Source of the DNA: Octopus vulgaris
Taxonomy: Eukaryota
Length of the DNA stretch: 64,000 nt
Assembly (NCBI GenBank): GCA_951406725.2
Contig: OX597816.1
Location: 46,686,001 to 46,750,000, forward strand
Direction of reading: 5' to 3'
Part shown: positions 25,993-39,769 of the stretch, one piece after another
How positions within the stretch are numbered: the first letter of the stretch is position 1
Layout: each line of letters starts with the position of its first letter
Translations under genes and position numbers: made by a program
Notes under the pieces: generated by a model
What the model was told of the DNA's origin: nothing
Databases searched by the model: none
Seen by the model: only the letters and a program-made list of their open reading frames with translations

Positions 25993-28679
25993 TGTTAGAA
26001 TAATACTATTTCTTTCTCAATCAGAAACAGTTACTGAATATGTTCCAGAATCATCCTCATAAAAATTTGTTCTACACAATATGACATTTCATTATCTTAA
26101 TCATATCCACACCCAACTAATGAGTGTTAGGAAACAGTGAACCACAAAACTCTTCTGTTGTTGTGGGAAAGTGGGAAAGGAAAGTAGTTTGGTCACTTAA
26201 AATGTGACACCATAATACTCTGCTTCTAATGGATATGATCATAAATGAACCAATTATCACCACAAACCCCGCCCCCCAAGAAAAAAATATAGGAATACAA
26301 GGAATGAAAGAAGATGGTAGAAAGCATGAAGTTTATTGATATCCTGGAAAAATGAAGGGAGAAAGAGGAGAAGGTTGTGTTAGTGTGACCCTTATTGTGT
26401 TTGAGTTGTTTAGCTTTTGGTTTGATAGATTAAGCAGATATGATCTTTACTTGAACTCTTTATTCTTCTTTTTTTTAGTATTCATTTAACTAATATAGTA
26501 TTACCCAGTATAGTCTTAGATAACATTGAGTAACCACATGCAAGCTTCCTTCATGGTTCAATGAATTACTGCAATGAGACATTTCATGCTAGCTAGCAAA
26601 TCAAAGGGAGATAATCTCCGTTCATGAGAAGGAATCTTTTATGGCATTGATTTTCAAATAGACAAATTCCAGTCCTCTTCCCTCTGTAAAATATTAGGAA
26701 AATTTGCTTATTGCATATAGCAATTTACCTAACCCCACCAATTTTCAATCACCACAGGTTTCCTTTATGATAAACACTGCTTTTGGTCATTCATGTTGCA
26801 ATAAAAATAATTATATTTAAAGCGCTAAAGTCACAACTATCTTCACATAATAATGATTTCATATGCAATAGATTACATAATCTTGTGTGTTGGCAACGAT
26901 AATTAAAATTTTGTTTTTCTTTTTAAATTTCTACTTTATGAACATTCTATTTTCGCTACTATATTTTCTTTTAACTAGATACAAAAGCATATTTTGTAAT
27001 TGAGGATACATACTTTGTATTTTATCCTTCTGGGGCTGATAAAGCTATGATGATAAATTGGCCTGTGAGTTGCCAACTAGATAAGTGTAAAGCTTTTATG
27101 AGCAAATAATTTTTTTTTTTTTATCATAAAAGCTATATGGCTTGGTCTCCCTACTCCAAAAATTATTTTAAATTCATATCTTTATGATTTTATTTAATTT
27201 ACATGCAATTTTATTACATTCACCAAGTAATGTGATAAATTACACCTCATCTCAACATTCCCAAATATCTGGAATATCTTCCTAACAGATAGGTAACTTA
27301 TGTACTTCTTAAATATCCATTTACTTTAGCAGTGGATTGGAAAACCAAAGCCTATGAACCAGCATCTTTATGCCATAACCACTTGATTGTTTTGCTTCTG
27401 TGCTGAATTATATTTCAACCTGGATTATAAAGTGGTAGTGAGTTTCCAAAATGTTGTGTATGCAATACTATTTCAATTCTTGATTGAGCCACCTCATTTT
27501 TTTCCTATTTTTTGTCTCATTGAGAAGATTACAATGTTTTCACATCTTTTACAATCAAAAATACTGGTAACAAGATTGCTTTTTTTTTTATAGAATAAAA
27601 AAAATACTCAGTCAGCCCCTTTGTTTTTTAACTTTGTAAATATTTGGTAAAGTAAATATTGTATTTAAGAATGTCAACATAGCACTCCAGCTGATAGTTT
27701 TAGCTGAAGGTCATTAGAAAAATACTCAGTTTTACTATATAAACGAGGTACTAAAATGAGGTTAAAATCTTAAATTACCATTGTCTTCTGCTTTTGAGCA
27801 AAGCACCTAACTTTTAGAGTTTTATCGATTATTTAACACAATAGTTGATATTTGCTGGTAACAAATTTTCTACGAATAATGTTCAAATCTTATCAAATTC
27901 CTAAAATTTCATGTAGCCATACTAAAAAAAAATAACCTTTGGTATTACTCTAGGATTAAGTTAGATTAATCAAACATTGGCAGTTCTAAGTTCTGATATT
28001 TTTTATGTAGTGTGCAGATTAACTGTCATTGGTCCCTTGCTAGAACTAATGTCAGTGTAACTCCTAACAAAACCATTTCAACCCTTTGGGAATTTATAGT
28101 GATAAACTTCAACATGGTTTTCTTTCTTTGAGTGTGTGTGGGCACTAGTTGGTGCTTACTTACCTCTTGTATATTGAGGTGTAATATGCTGTTTAATCTT
28201 ATCAAGTTAGCTCTAATTGAGCAGACCTTTGTCCAAAGGTGCTCCAGTTGAGACCATCCTATTTTATAGACATAGTGTATCTAGAACCACATTATCCAAT
28301 GAAGTGCGGAAGCTTGGGTTTTTTTCTTTTTTTTTTTTTTTAATAGTGTGATTTGAGAAAGATTTGGCTGTTACCTCTTGTGGGTTGAGCCACCATAGAA
28401 GTTGCCTTGTTACCTACTGATTCAAATGTATTTCCTTATCGTTACATTTAAAAATCCAATTTGGTGAAAATCAATCTTAAAATTACCTTCAACAGTTGTA
28501 AAAAAAACTAATTTTTATCTATGTATGTCTGGGTCACTATGTGCAGTCAGTGCCATTTATTTACAGAAATTTCATCTTGAGATTGAAAAAATTACATGAG
28601 AGTCATTTGATTTTTAAATAATGTCTCTTATACACACAAGCACAATATTTATAACTGGCACTTATCAGTTTATGACATC

Positions 28680-28975
28680 AAAGGTTCCAGTTAATCCAAT
28701 TGATGGAACAGCCTGCTAGTGAAATTAATGTGAAAGTGGCTGAGCACTCCACTGACATGTGTACCCTTAATGTAGTTCTGAAGGAGATTCAGCAAGACAC
28801 AGAATGTGACAAAGCCAACCCTTTGAGATACATGTACAACTTGTTTTTGGCAGCTAAGTGGACTGGAGCAACATGAAATAAAGTGTCTTGCTCAAGGACA
28901 CAAGGTAAAGCCAGGAATCGAACTCACAACTTCATGAATCGAATACCCCTAACCGCTAAGCCACACGTCTTCACG
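28680..28975 (-). mobile_element. tRNA/CORE-like SINE family F
   Basis: Reverse-complement similarity to 33760-34020. B-box (gttcgattcc on minus) followed by gtccttgagcaagacac. Confidence 0.75.
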
Positions 28976-29051
28976 CAATATGCGTTTCATAAATTGACTG
29001 CTAGAAATATCAGCATGGAGAGCAGATGCTAAATGATGATGATGATGATGA

Positions 29052-29330
29052 TAAGTTAATTTTTTGGCTCAAAAAGCAAGAAGCAAGGCCATGTAGGGGG
29101 ACATGGAGTTATGTACAGGGAGGGTGTTCATGCAAAGAGTTCAGGCCATTTCTGGTCAAGAGAGACTTTGAACCGAGCGGTCGTTGGCATCTTCACTATC
29201 TCGTCCGGCAGCTTATTCCATGGATCCGCAACCCGGACGGAGAAAGCCCCTCTCCGACTGAGATGAAATCGTCGCAGATAGAGCTTTTCGGAGTGACCCC
29301 GCAGCCGACGCTCTGGAGCAGGAGTGAAGG
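29052..29330 (-). mobile_element. CR1-clade LINE 3' end
   Basis: Minus strand encodes ..ERRLRGHSEKLYLRRF..FSVRVADPWNKLP.., which are CR1 C-terminal motifs. Homologous to 61518-61767. Confidence 0.85.
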
Positions 29331-30190
29331 ACCGCTCTTTCGAGAGGTTACACTTCCCACTTATGATGGTGATGATAATGAAATATCTTAGCTAAGTGAA
29401 ATCGTAGTTGTAGCTGATGCTGGTGTCATGTAACTGGCACATAAAAAGTACCCATTACATTTTTAAAGTGGTTGGCATTAGGAAGAGCATCCAGCCATAG
29501 AAACCATGTGAAATGAGACTGGAACTTGGTGCAGCTCATTGGCTTACCAGTTCCAGTCAAACCAATCTAACCTATACCAGCATAGAAAGCAGACACTGAA
29601 TAATAATGATGATTAACTATCTTCACTTTATCATCGTTAATTTTTCATTATGCATTTAATCACCGTCTTACACTAATTTACTTTCCTTAAAATCTACACT
29701 GTTCATCCCCCTCATAGTAAAATTTATGATCCAAGCAACTAAATACTTTATCTTTTGTTATAGTCTTTCTTGTTCTTTTCTCAACCTGGTTCCACGTTTA
29801 GTGTATGTCTGCATGAGCGAATACATATGTGTGCGTGAGTATAATTCTAGGAAGAGCATGTAGCTATAAAAACTATGCCAAAACAGATATTAACACGATA
29901 CAGTCCTTGGACACATTAGATATATATATATATGTCTTATGTGACACCATTGCAGGTCAGCAAATACTTTATACACTATCTGTACATACTTAGTACATGT
30001 GATTTTGTTTAGGAAGTGACATGAATGTGTAGCATTGACGTATCACAAATACAGCAAAATATGGTATCAGTTACTCTCGTGATCACTTCTAGGGTGATTT
30101 CATTTCATGTGGCGCTGAAATATTATCTGGGTTTTCCTCAATGAAAAACTGCACCTTTTGGTATTTAAACATCACCATGTATGTGGTATT

Positions 30191-30563
30191 TACTCTTTTC
30201 AGTCATTTGACTGTGGCCATGCTGGGGCACCACCTTTAGTCGAGCAAATCAACCCCAGGACTTATTCTTTGTAAGCCTAGTACTTATTCTATCGGTCTCT
30301 TTTTGCCGAACCGCTAAGTTACAGGGACGTAAACACACCAGCATTGGTTATCAAATGATGTTGGAGGTGGGGACAGACACACATACACATATATATATAC
30401 GACAGGCTTCTTTCAGTTTCCGTCTACCAAATCTACTCACACAGCTTTGGTCGTCCCAAGGCTATAGTAGAAGACACTTTCCCAAGGTGCCACGCAGTGG
30501 GACTGAACCTGTAACCATGTGGTTCGTAAGCAAGCTACTGACCACACAGCCACTCCTATGCCT
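30191..30563 (-). mobile_element. SINE family A, full length
   Basis: Reverse complement of the family A consensus. Confidence 0.92.
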
Positions 30564-30594
30564 ATTAGTAGGTATAATTTGAATGTGTCTTATG

Positions 30595-30960
30595 TTTGTT
30601 TCAGTCATTGGATTGCAGCCATGCTGGGGCACTGCCTCTAAAGGTTTTAATCAAATGTATCAACCTCAGTACTTATTTTTAAAGTCTGGTACTTATCCTG
30701 TTTCCCTTTCTTGAACCACTAACTTACAAGAATGTAAACAAACCAACAGCAGTTGTCAAGTATTGGTGGAGGACAGACACACACTCAGGTACATGCATAT
30801 GTGCACACACACATACACACAACAGGCTTCTTTCAGTTTCCATCCACCAAATCCACTCACAAGGTTTTGGTCAGCATGAGGCTATAGCAGGGGACCCTTG
30901 TCTGAAGTGCCATGCAGTGGGACTGAACCCAGAACCATGTGTCTGGGAAGCAAACTTATT
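30595..30960 (-). mobile_element. SINE family A, older diverged copy adjacent to the previous one
   Basis: Same module order with more substitutions. Confidence 0.82.
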
Positions 30961-31059
30961 ACTGTGAAGTCACATGTATGTATGCATGCACACACACATA
31001 CACACACACACACACACATCACAGACATATATAAATGCTCTCAACTCATGTACTTGCAT

Positions 31060-31095
<36 letters not shown>

Positions 31096-31289
31096 GCATA
31101 TGCATTTTAAAAAAGGCTACAAAAGCAGAGCATGACTTCTGATAATGTTTGAAATTATATATTTTACAAAAAATTTGAATATTAATAAGTTTTCCCTGTG
31201 TTATTGTGTCCGTTACATGCACCCATCTGCACTCTTGATTTTAAAAAAAATATGATTTAAAAAACAAAAAAAGCAGTTTATTTTGGAAG

Positions 31290-31703
31290 TTTTAACCCTG
31301 GGTCAAGTGGAGTGGTGGTGGGAGGAGATGAGCTACAGGTAGTGGTGAAGGGGTGGTTGTCTCTGGAGACACTTGCAAATCAAACAAAAACACCTTTTTT
31401 TTTCCTTCTTGGCTGATCAAACTGATACACCAAGTTGGCTGGTTGGTTAGCTGTCTGGCTGACTATCATCAGGTGGCCTGAAATATGGAAAGGTAGTGCT
31501 GGTTGGTAAGGGAGTGGGTGTGAGTTTACTGCTCTACTGCTTGCTAGGAAGTATTAATGACAGGTAAATAGAAGGCGTGAGCAACTTACCAATCAGGGCT
31601 TGAGATGGTAAGCAGAGGTCCTGGTGCCTTCTGCTGTTTAGTCTTTTGTCCCTTACTGTCCTGAACAGTGTCTCTCCTTCACTGTATTTATGGCGTTTAC
31701 TCT
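31290..31703 (+). promoter_or_regulatory. Putative internal promoter / 5'UTR island
   Basis: Unique, GC-elevated sequence with G-rich boxes and a CCAATCAG motif at ~31589, immediately upstream of the candidate first exon. Confidence 0.35.
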
Positions 31704-31748
31704 ATGGATAGCTTTAGCAGAAAACTAAGAAATCCCTCTAAAAACCCG
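31704..31748 (+). CDS. Candidate alternative first coding exon (MDSFSRKLRNPSKNP, phase 0)
   Basis: ATG at 31704, 15 open codons, then consensus donor CCG|gtaagt. Phase 0 fits the acceptor at 49527. Lies in a repeat-free, more GC-rich island. Confidence 0.5.
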
Positions 31749-32027
31749 GTAAGTGTTGCTTAGAGTATCTTCACTACATTTTCTTTTTTTTTTCTTTTCT
31801 TTTCAAAGATTTGTTTCGGGTATTTGTTGTTCCTGTATTGTAAATAAAAGTGAATGGAAAAGAACATTCAGAAAGTCGTGTGTCTGTCTGTCTGTGTGTG
31901 TGTGTGTGTGTGTAATAAGCATATGCGAGAGAGAAAGCTTTGTGTGTGCGTGTGTGTATATTGTAATTTTATTTTTACGCACTAAGAGTCATTCTGTAGT
32001 AGTCGGAATTTTCTAATTACAAATCAC

Positions 32028-32347
32028 TATATATATACACACACACGTGTGTGTGTGTGTATATATATATATAAAATATATATATATATATGTATATATA
32101 CATGTGTGTGTATATGTATATATACATGTGTGTGTATATTTATATATACATCTGTGTGTGTGTATATATATATATATCTGTGTATATGTATATAAATATG
32201 TGTATATATATACGTATGTGTATATATATATATATATATATATGTGTATATGTATATAAATATGTGTATATATATATATGTGTATATGTATATAAATATG
32301 TGTATATATAAATATGTGTATATATATATATGTGTATATGTATATAA

Positions 32348-32385
<38 letters not shown>

Positions 32386-32464
32386 GTGTATATGTATATA
32401 AATATATGTATATATATCTGTGTATATACCTGTCTGTGTGTGTATATATATATGTGTGTGTATA

Positions 32465-32499
<35 letters not shown>

Positions 32500-32770
32500 A
32501 TATATATGTGTGTGTATATATATGTATGTGTGTGTATATATATATATGTGTGTGTGTATATATATATATATGTGTGTGTGTGTATATATATATATGTGTG
32601 TGTGTGTGTATATATATGTGTGTGTGTGTGTGTGTATATATATATGTGTGTGTGTGTGTATATATAAAATATGTAGTCTTTTTATGATTTGTACCAAGTG
32701 TAGCTATATATATATATGTGTGTTTGTGTATGTAGATATGTGTGTATTTATATGTGTATATATATATATA
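32028..32770. repeat. Compound (TA/TG)n microsatellite block
   Basis: Directly visible. Source of the spurious Y/I/C/V/M ORFs. Confidence 0.96.
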
Positions 32771-33310
32771 AGATATGTATTCTTTTTATGATTTGTACCA
32801 AGCGTAGCGATCGCCGATCACCTTGTAAATAAAATGCCAGCTTCACCTGGTTACTACCTCCATATCTTACATGACAACAGTAAATCTTGTTAGCAGTAAT
32901 TAGGTAAACTTCAAGTCACACTGACTTCTCTCTGACTGCTAGCTTTGACATGGGATGATGTAAATCAACTTTCATTAGAAATCCCGTTGGAGTTTAAAAA
33001 TACTCGCTACCTGTTGCAACCATGTGTCTCTTCTATTGTTGTTTTAACATTGTGGATAAGGGTACCTGTTTATATATTTACTTTAAAAATAATGGTATTT
33101 ATTTAAATAGTTTCATACTTTCGTTAACAGATTATTTTTTTTTTAAAGTTAGTCATACCTGAATTTTTTTTTTTTTTTATTACTGTTGCTTACCATGGAA
33201 ATATTGTTGATAACTATTTAGCATTTAAACTGGTCATATCCTGCCCAAATACTCTACCTGTTTTAATATCGAAGCTGTCAGAACCTGGCCTCTTACACCT
33301 ACTCTACAAT

Positions 33311-33598
33311 GTTGCCGCCCCGACCGGCCTCCGTGCTGGTGGCACGTAAAAAAAAGCACTATCCGATCGTGGCCGTTTGCCGGCCTCGTCTGGCACCTGT
33401 GCAGGTGGCACGTAAAAAGCACCCACTACACTCACGGAGTGGTTGGCGTTAGGAAGGGCATCCAGCTGTAGAAACACTGCCAGATCAGACTGGGCCTGGC
33501 GCAGCCTTCTGGCTTCCCAGACCCTAGTTGAACCGTCCAACCCATGCTAGCATGGAAAACAGATGTTAAACGATGATGATGATGATGATGATGATGAT
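33311..33598 (+). mobile_element. Family C element inserted within a piggyBac-type MITE (~33210-33713)
   Basis: (GAT)n tail. Both flanks match the two halves of the MITE at 34803-35042 and 61361-61823. Confidence 0.85.
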
Positions 33599-33759
33599 AT
33601 ACAAATCACGTCATTGAGATCTGAAAGCTCTAAGATAATGCATCATTAATTCAAAATAATACAGACTAATAAATATTGAATTTGATAGAGTAATCTGAAT
33701 ACTAAAGGAATTACAAAATTAATTAATTTATGCAATAATGAATTTCAAACTTGCATGTG

Positions 33760-34020
33760 TAAAGAAAGCATGGCTTAGTGGTTATAGGTATTCAGCTCAC
33801 AATTGTACAGTCATGAATTCGATTACTGGTGGTGTATTGGATCCTTGGGCTAAATGCTTTGTTTCACATTACTCCAGTTCACTTAGCTGGCAAAAATGGG
33901 TAGTACCTGTAATTCAAAGGAACCAGCCTTGTCACATTGTGTTACTCTGAATCTCTCTGAGATCTACATTAAGGGTACACATGTCTGCAGAATGCTCGGC
34001 CACTTGCACGTTAATTTCAC
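33760..34020 (+). mobile_element. SINE family F, diverged
   Basis: Matches the reverse complement of 28680-28975. Confidence 0.7.
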
Positions 34021-34093
34021 CTGGAACCCTCATCTTTGTAACGGACAGAGTGCCAGTTACTATTTCCACATAAGGTTGCTGAGCTAGCACACT

Positions 34094-34266
34094 TACTATT
34101 TTACCTGTTTCAGTCATTTGAGTGCGGCCATGCTGGAGCACCGCCTTTAGTCGAGCAAATCGACCCCCAAGTACTTATTCTATCGGTCTCTTTCTGCCGA
34201 ACCGCTAAGTTATGGGGGTGTAAACACACCATCAGTTGTCAAGCGATGTTGGGGACACACATACGC

Positions 34267-34299
<33 letters not shown>

Positions 34300-34474
34300 C
34301 ATACACACACACATACACACACGACGGGTTTCTTTCAGTTTCCATCTACCAAATCCACTCACAAGGCTTTGGTCAGCCTGAGGCTATAATAGAAGACACT
34401 TGCTCAAGGTGCCATGCAGTGGGAATGAACCCGGAACCATGTGGTTCGTAAGCAAGCTACTTACCACACAGCCA
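34094..34474 (-). mobile_element. SINE family A
   Basis: Reverse complement of the consensus with a short internal deletion. Confidence 0.9.
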
Positions 34475-34802
34475 CATGCATTGCAGTTATTTATGGCTTC
34501 CAGCTCTTTATGAATTCAAATCCTGCTTGTGTCAGTTTTACTTTCTGGGATTGATGAATTAAATTAGCAATCAAGTACTGGGGTTGATGGTATCACTAAC
34601 CTCTTCACTCAAATTTTAGGTCTTGTCTCTGTATTAAAGACAGCTATTTTTGCACAAAGGCAGAATTGGAGATGGTATTTTTTTGCTATGGTAAATTTAG
34701 CTTCTTCTTCTGCTATGGGCCAGAGAAATATATCTCGGTAATATTGTCTCTGCAGATTCAGAATTAAGAGTCACTTGTGTCATATATTTATTTAGTCTTC
34801 CC

Positions 34803-35042
34803 TTAATCCTTAAGCATTCTGATTACTCTGTCAAATGTAATGTTTGCCTATTCACATTGTTTTGACTTAATCATGCATTATATCATACCTTCAAGATTTC
34901 AATGATGCGATTTTTTATTTTTAGAATGACATTGTAGGATAGGTATGAGAGGCTGGATCTGACCAATTTGAACATAAAAGAAGAGATAGAATATTTTGGC
35001 CAGGTGTGGCCAGTTTAAATGCTCAATGTACTAAAGGGTTAA
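34803..35042. mobile_element. piggyBac-type MITE family D (~235 bp)
   Basis: ttaatccttaagcatt...ctaaagggttaa. Further copies at ~36824-37044, 46107-46329, 54267-54458, 58993-59223 and 61361-61823. Confidence 0.78.
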
Positions 35043-35270
35043 AACATTAGATTTTTCTTTCAGAAACCTCTCCTACTAACAGCATTAGCCTGTTGCTTAA
35101 TATTCTGTACTATAACCATGTTGCCTGTGATATACCAGCACATTATTTTCTTTCAGAATATGAAAATAATGCTTGCAGTGAGACAACTCTCAATCAAATG
35201 ACTAGTAAAATACTGCTGTTGAAAACAAAGAAAAAATTCGATTAATCTTTATATATATATATATATACAC

Positions 35271-35453
35271 ACAAAATTAAGAGGAATGTCCACTAAAGTG
35301 GACACCCTATATGCTAAACATAGATGTCAAATCGCTATTACCATGAAGAATGTGTTCTCAAGAAAAAAATACATTCTTCGTGGTAATGGTGATTTGACAT
35401 CTATGTTTAGCATATAGGGTGTCCACTTTAGTGGTCATTCCTTTTAATTTTGT
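35271..35453. repeat. Long inverted repeat: 83-bp arms, 17-nt loop
   Basis: 35271-35353 is the reverse complement of 35371-35453 with 5 non-Watson-Crick positions. Bracketed by (TA)n tracts. Confidence 0.93.
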
Positions 35454-35533
35454 ATGTAACGCAATTTTTAATCTTCGGATTTTTAAATATCCTAAGCCAC
35501 TGGTTTTAATTGATTAACATCAATTTCTACCCT

Positions 35534-35573
<40 letters not shown>

Positions 35574-37305
35574 CTTTTTCATAAGTAAGAAAAACTTGTA
35601 TTCATTGTTTAGAAAATTATTAAATTTTTAAAAATTTTAATTCATCTTTTTATTCTTTATATAACCACACGTGGCTGACCCTGGTTTTATGATACATACT
35701 TCTCATTTGAAAGTGATTTAAAATCCTTCCATCAATATCTCGTGTCAAATTAAGTTCCAAACATCGGTTTAACAATAGTTATTTTAACAAATTTTTCATT
35801 ATTTACAAAATTAACTGAAAGTCAATGTATTTTTAACCAAAAATAAAATATGGTAACAAATAGGGTTAAATGTAGTTTATTTGTACCAGCTATTTATCAA
35901 TATGGAATGCCAGCATATGGGATTAGAATCACTTTTAAGTTTGCAGTAAGTGATCTAGTGAGCCCATTGCAGACAGACCAACAGCTATAAATAGTCAACA
36001 TGGGTTAATCATGTTGATAACATTTCGATTTGTCATGTCCCCACCCCCCAACAATCCATATCAAGTGCTTTATCAGTCCAGCTTTGATGTACTTCTCCTA
36101 GTTGGGGGACAATCAGTAATCTACTATTTCAAGCTAATCAATCTTGTGATAAGAATTAGGTTCTCATATAGTCAGCAATGAGAATATTCAACTTAATTAC
36201 AGTTAATGCATTGCCAAATATGGATCTTTCATTTCAACAAATTTCTTTCATTTTTTTTTTTTGTGCTAGATTTTTTTTTATTTGTTATTGGATAGGTATG
36301 CATGAGTACCTGGTGGTTTCTTGTGTTTGTGTGTTTGTTTGGCAATAACACTATTGAAAGTAACTTTATCTCAAGATAGCTCTATCTTATGAATTCTCTC
36401 ATCCTTTTTGCTTTCATTACTGATAGGGTGGGATTATAGCTTGGCTGCAGCCATGCTACATAATATTCACTTTCCTAAAAACAAACATTACATAAATGTG
36501 TGTATGTCTTTATCTTTAATACTATCTCTCTTTTTCTTCTCCTGTCTTTTCCAACTAGGGTAGCCAAGCATCTCCTCTATTTTAACCTCTCATGTAGCAC
36601 AAAGCCACTTCCCTCAATGCTACTACTACTCCCGTTTGTGGGGGGGTCTTTATTCTGTAAGTTACTTGGTGACCCCCATGGGTGCTGATGCCATGTAAAA
36701 AGCACCTAGTACACTGTGAAATAGCTGATATTAGGAAGAGCAGACAGTGGAGCCCGGTGCAGTTTTCTGGCTTGCCAGCTCCTAGCAAACCATTTAAACC
36801 ATGCTAGCTTCAAAAACAGGCATGAACCCTTTGGCATTTGAACCGACCATATCCAGCCACAATATTCTGTTTTATGCGCCAACTGATCAGACCTTGCCTC
36901 TTACACCAACCTTACAATATCATTCGAAAAATTAAGTTACTTCGTCAAAATAACAAAACTAAAAGATAATGCATGATTAATTCAAAACGATGTCAATAAA
37001 TAAGCATTACTTTTGACAGAGTAATCGGAACACTAAAGGGTTAAATGATGATGGTGGTGGCGGCGGCGGCAGGTGAGTGGGTGTTAAAAATTACCTCAAG
37101 CATTCGGACCAGGTCTCCTAGCTGAGGAACCTTTCTCCTTTCCTCTAGCTTGGTGAACCTGTGAAAGCCATGCTATTGCCTTCCCTCTTGACTAAAAGGT
37201 AAAGAAAAGAAAAAATTGAAACCACTTGTGAAACACACTTTCTAACGCCAAGCATTTAAGAGTATTGTAGGGTGTTTTTTTTATATATCGGTTCTAAGAA
37301 AATTA

Positions 37306-37509
37306 CGGAGATGTACTTGCATAGCAAGTGACCTGATCTGAGATCGTGTGCTGGAACGAAAACAATTGCAGCGTGGAAGGTGTTTATAAGTCATTTAAGA
37401 AACACACAAAACCCGTTAGATTCACTTCAACATTTAAATTTAATTTGCCAAAATAGTTTCGTCGCTTTGAGACCTCGACCTGTTCACTGACAAAATTCCA
37501 TGCTGCATC
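37306..37509. mobile_element. Unclassified 204-bp insertion with 13-bp flanking direct repeat
   Basis: tctaagaaaatta at 37293-37305 and 37510-37522. The insert is CpG-richer than its flanks. Confidence 0.65.
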
Positions 37510-37703
37510 TCTAAGAAAATTATTTCTGCAAAACTCCATAGTTATGTCTTCTGGTAGTTCTGGTAAACTTGGCTTTTATATTATGTGCCCTAAGGGTAAT
37601 TTGTCAACCTCACAGCAATTGAACAGATTACATAGCTAGAATATGACACATTTAAACTCAAAGGCCTGTAGAAAATTGAAGACTCCCAGAGATAACAGCA
37701 TAT

Positions 37704-37758
<55 letters not shown>

Positions 37759-38736
37759 AAAATGGGATTAAAAAATTTGGACAGATATCAATAGCATATA
37801 TTCTTTTTTTAGGTGATAAAGGTATGTCCTTTAAAGATGTGTAAAAGAATAAATGTGTTGTGTGTGTGTTGATATATATCAGTTACATTAATACATATGT
37901 CTCAAAGGTCCTTTATTTTCTATAACACAGGACAAATGCTACAAGACGTTCATTCCATCTAATACTCTAATGATTCTGCTAATTCACTTGATACCCAGAG
38001 TTTTAATGCTGCCATGGTCAACCTTGTTTGTTGTTCTTTTGTGTGGTTAGTACAAAAAGTAATAATCCAGGGTGTCAGATGGGTGGAACTATAAAACAAA
38101 TAGGACTTGGATACCTTGCAGTATTTGTTCCAGTTCTTTGCATTTCAAGTTCAAATCTTACTGTGGCTTACTAGAATTAATCAGTCACTCAGTTTAACAC
38201 CTCCAACTGGCAGTGCCTTTAATAAACTCCACCCTGTTGCAAGCATTTAAGTTAGGTCTCCAGTTTTGGAGTCCCTGTAGTAAAGTGTCATGGGTATTGC
38301 CTTCCATATATCTGTCTTCACTGTCCACTATTCTGAGAAGGGTTGTGGGGATAAAATCCTCAGGTATCTCCTCCATAGGGTCCTTCCCAAACATGGTCAA
38401 CCAGCACTTGGGATATTACCTACCTATCTCATTCTTAATCTATCCCTAGGTCTCTTGCTGATTGGTTCAGTTTGAAGAATCCTATCTTGTGATCCTTTCC
38501 TTCTAATCACATATTTCCATAGTACCAGGGATGTGGTATCTCAATGCAGTACAGAGACATGGTGGTTTGACTTGGAGAGATTTCCTGTTCTCTGAGCTAT
38601 GCATTCTGACACATAATGTTATTCCACATTTCCTTCAGAGGAACCCCATTTTGGCCCCAGGAAATGGGCCTTGCTCATTCTATAAAAGCATAGCATTAAA
38701 AGTAGTTAAACAGCAGATACTTTTACAATGATTGTG

Positions 38737-39149
38737 AAGGTGTGGCGAGCTGGCAGAAACGTTAGCACGCCGGATGAAATGCTTAGCGGTATTTCGTCTG
38801 TCGTTACGTTGTGAGCTCAAATTCCGCCGAGGTCAACTTTGCCTTTCATCCTTTCGGGGTCGATAAATTAAGTACCAGTTACGCTCTGGGGTCGATATAA
38901 TCGACTTAATACCTATGTCTGTCCTTGTTTGTCTCCTCTATGTTTAGCCCCTTGTGGGTAATAAAGAAATAGGTATTTCGTCTGCCGTTACGTTGTGGGT
39001 TCAAATTCCGCCGAGGTCGACTTTGCCTTTCATCCTTTCGGGGTCGATAAATTAAGTACCAGTTACGCACTGGAGTCGATGTAATCGACTTAATACACAT
39101 GTCTGTCCCCTCTATGTTTAGCCCCTTGTGGGTAATAAAGAAATAGGTA
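38737..39149 (+). mobile_element. SINE family B dimeric copy
   Basis: Unit 1 runs to 38972. Unit 2 restarts at gtatttcgtctgccgttacg (38973), the same junction as at 8891. Confidence 0.92.
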
Positions 39150-39769
39150 CATTAAAACTGAGCAGAAATGCATACAAAGAAAAATAACATGCTTGAATTG
39201 TAATTCATGCATAGGCAATATTTCGGTATACAGTATTAATAAAAAGGGTTTGAATAAAAATGTTTTAAAAAATATATGCATGCAGTCATGTTTACACAAG
39301 TCGATTAAAACAGTCGTGTGCTGTGTAAATAGTATTACTAATGTACGTGACCTTGCAGAAAAAGATAATGGTGGTTAGTGTTCCATTAAGCTAAAGTGTG
39401 CCTCATAGTGAAACTAACTGAACATATAGTAGTAATTTACTCTGTTCTGTTGAGGCAAACCCAAAAGCTAATTGCTAGGTAAGAGGGAACTTTTGCCATC
39501 ACTGTTTTTGTTTTAATAAATTTAGAAATTTTTTTTAATTATTATACAATCAAGATTTTCCTTTGCATCACACTCTTTATCGTGAATATTAAATATAACT
39601 CAAATAGAGAAACAATTTTACTCATTTATTACATGACATGGATCATTTTTTAAATTTTATTTTATCCATTACTGATTTTAGTCATCGTCGTAGTACCATC
39701 TTCAAAGATTTCTAGTTATCATATCAACTCTAGTGCTTCTTTCTATTTGGTACTCCTTTTCTGCATCCT

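Noticed and set aside
38190-38700. Possible L1/Tx1-type ORF2 remnant on the minus strand
   Set aside because: Composition suggests a decayed LINE, but I could not read a diagnostic motif.
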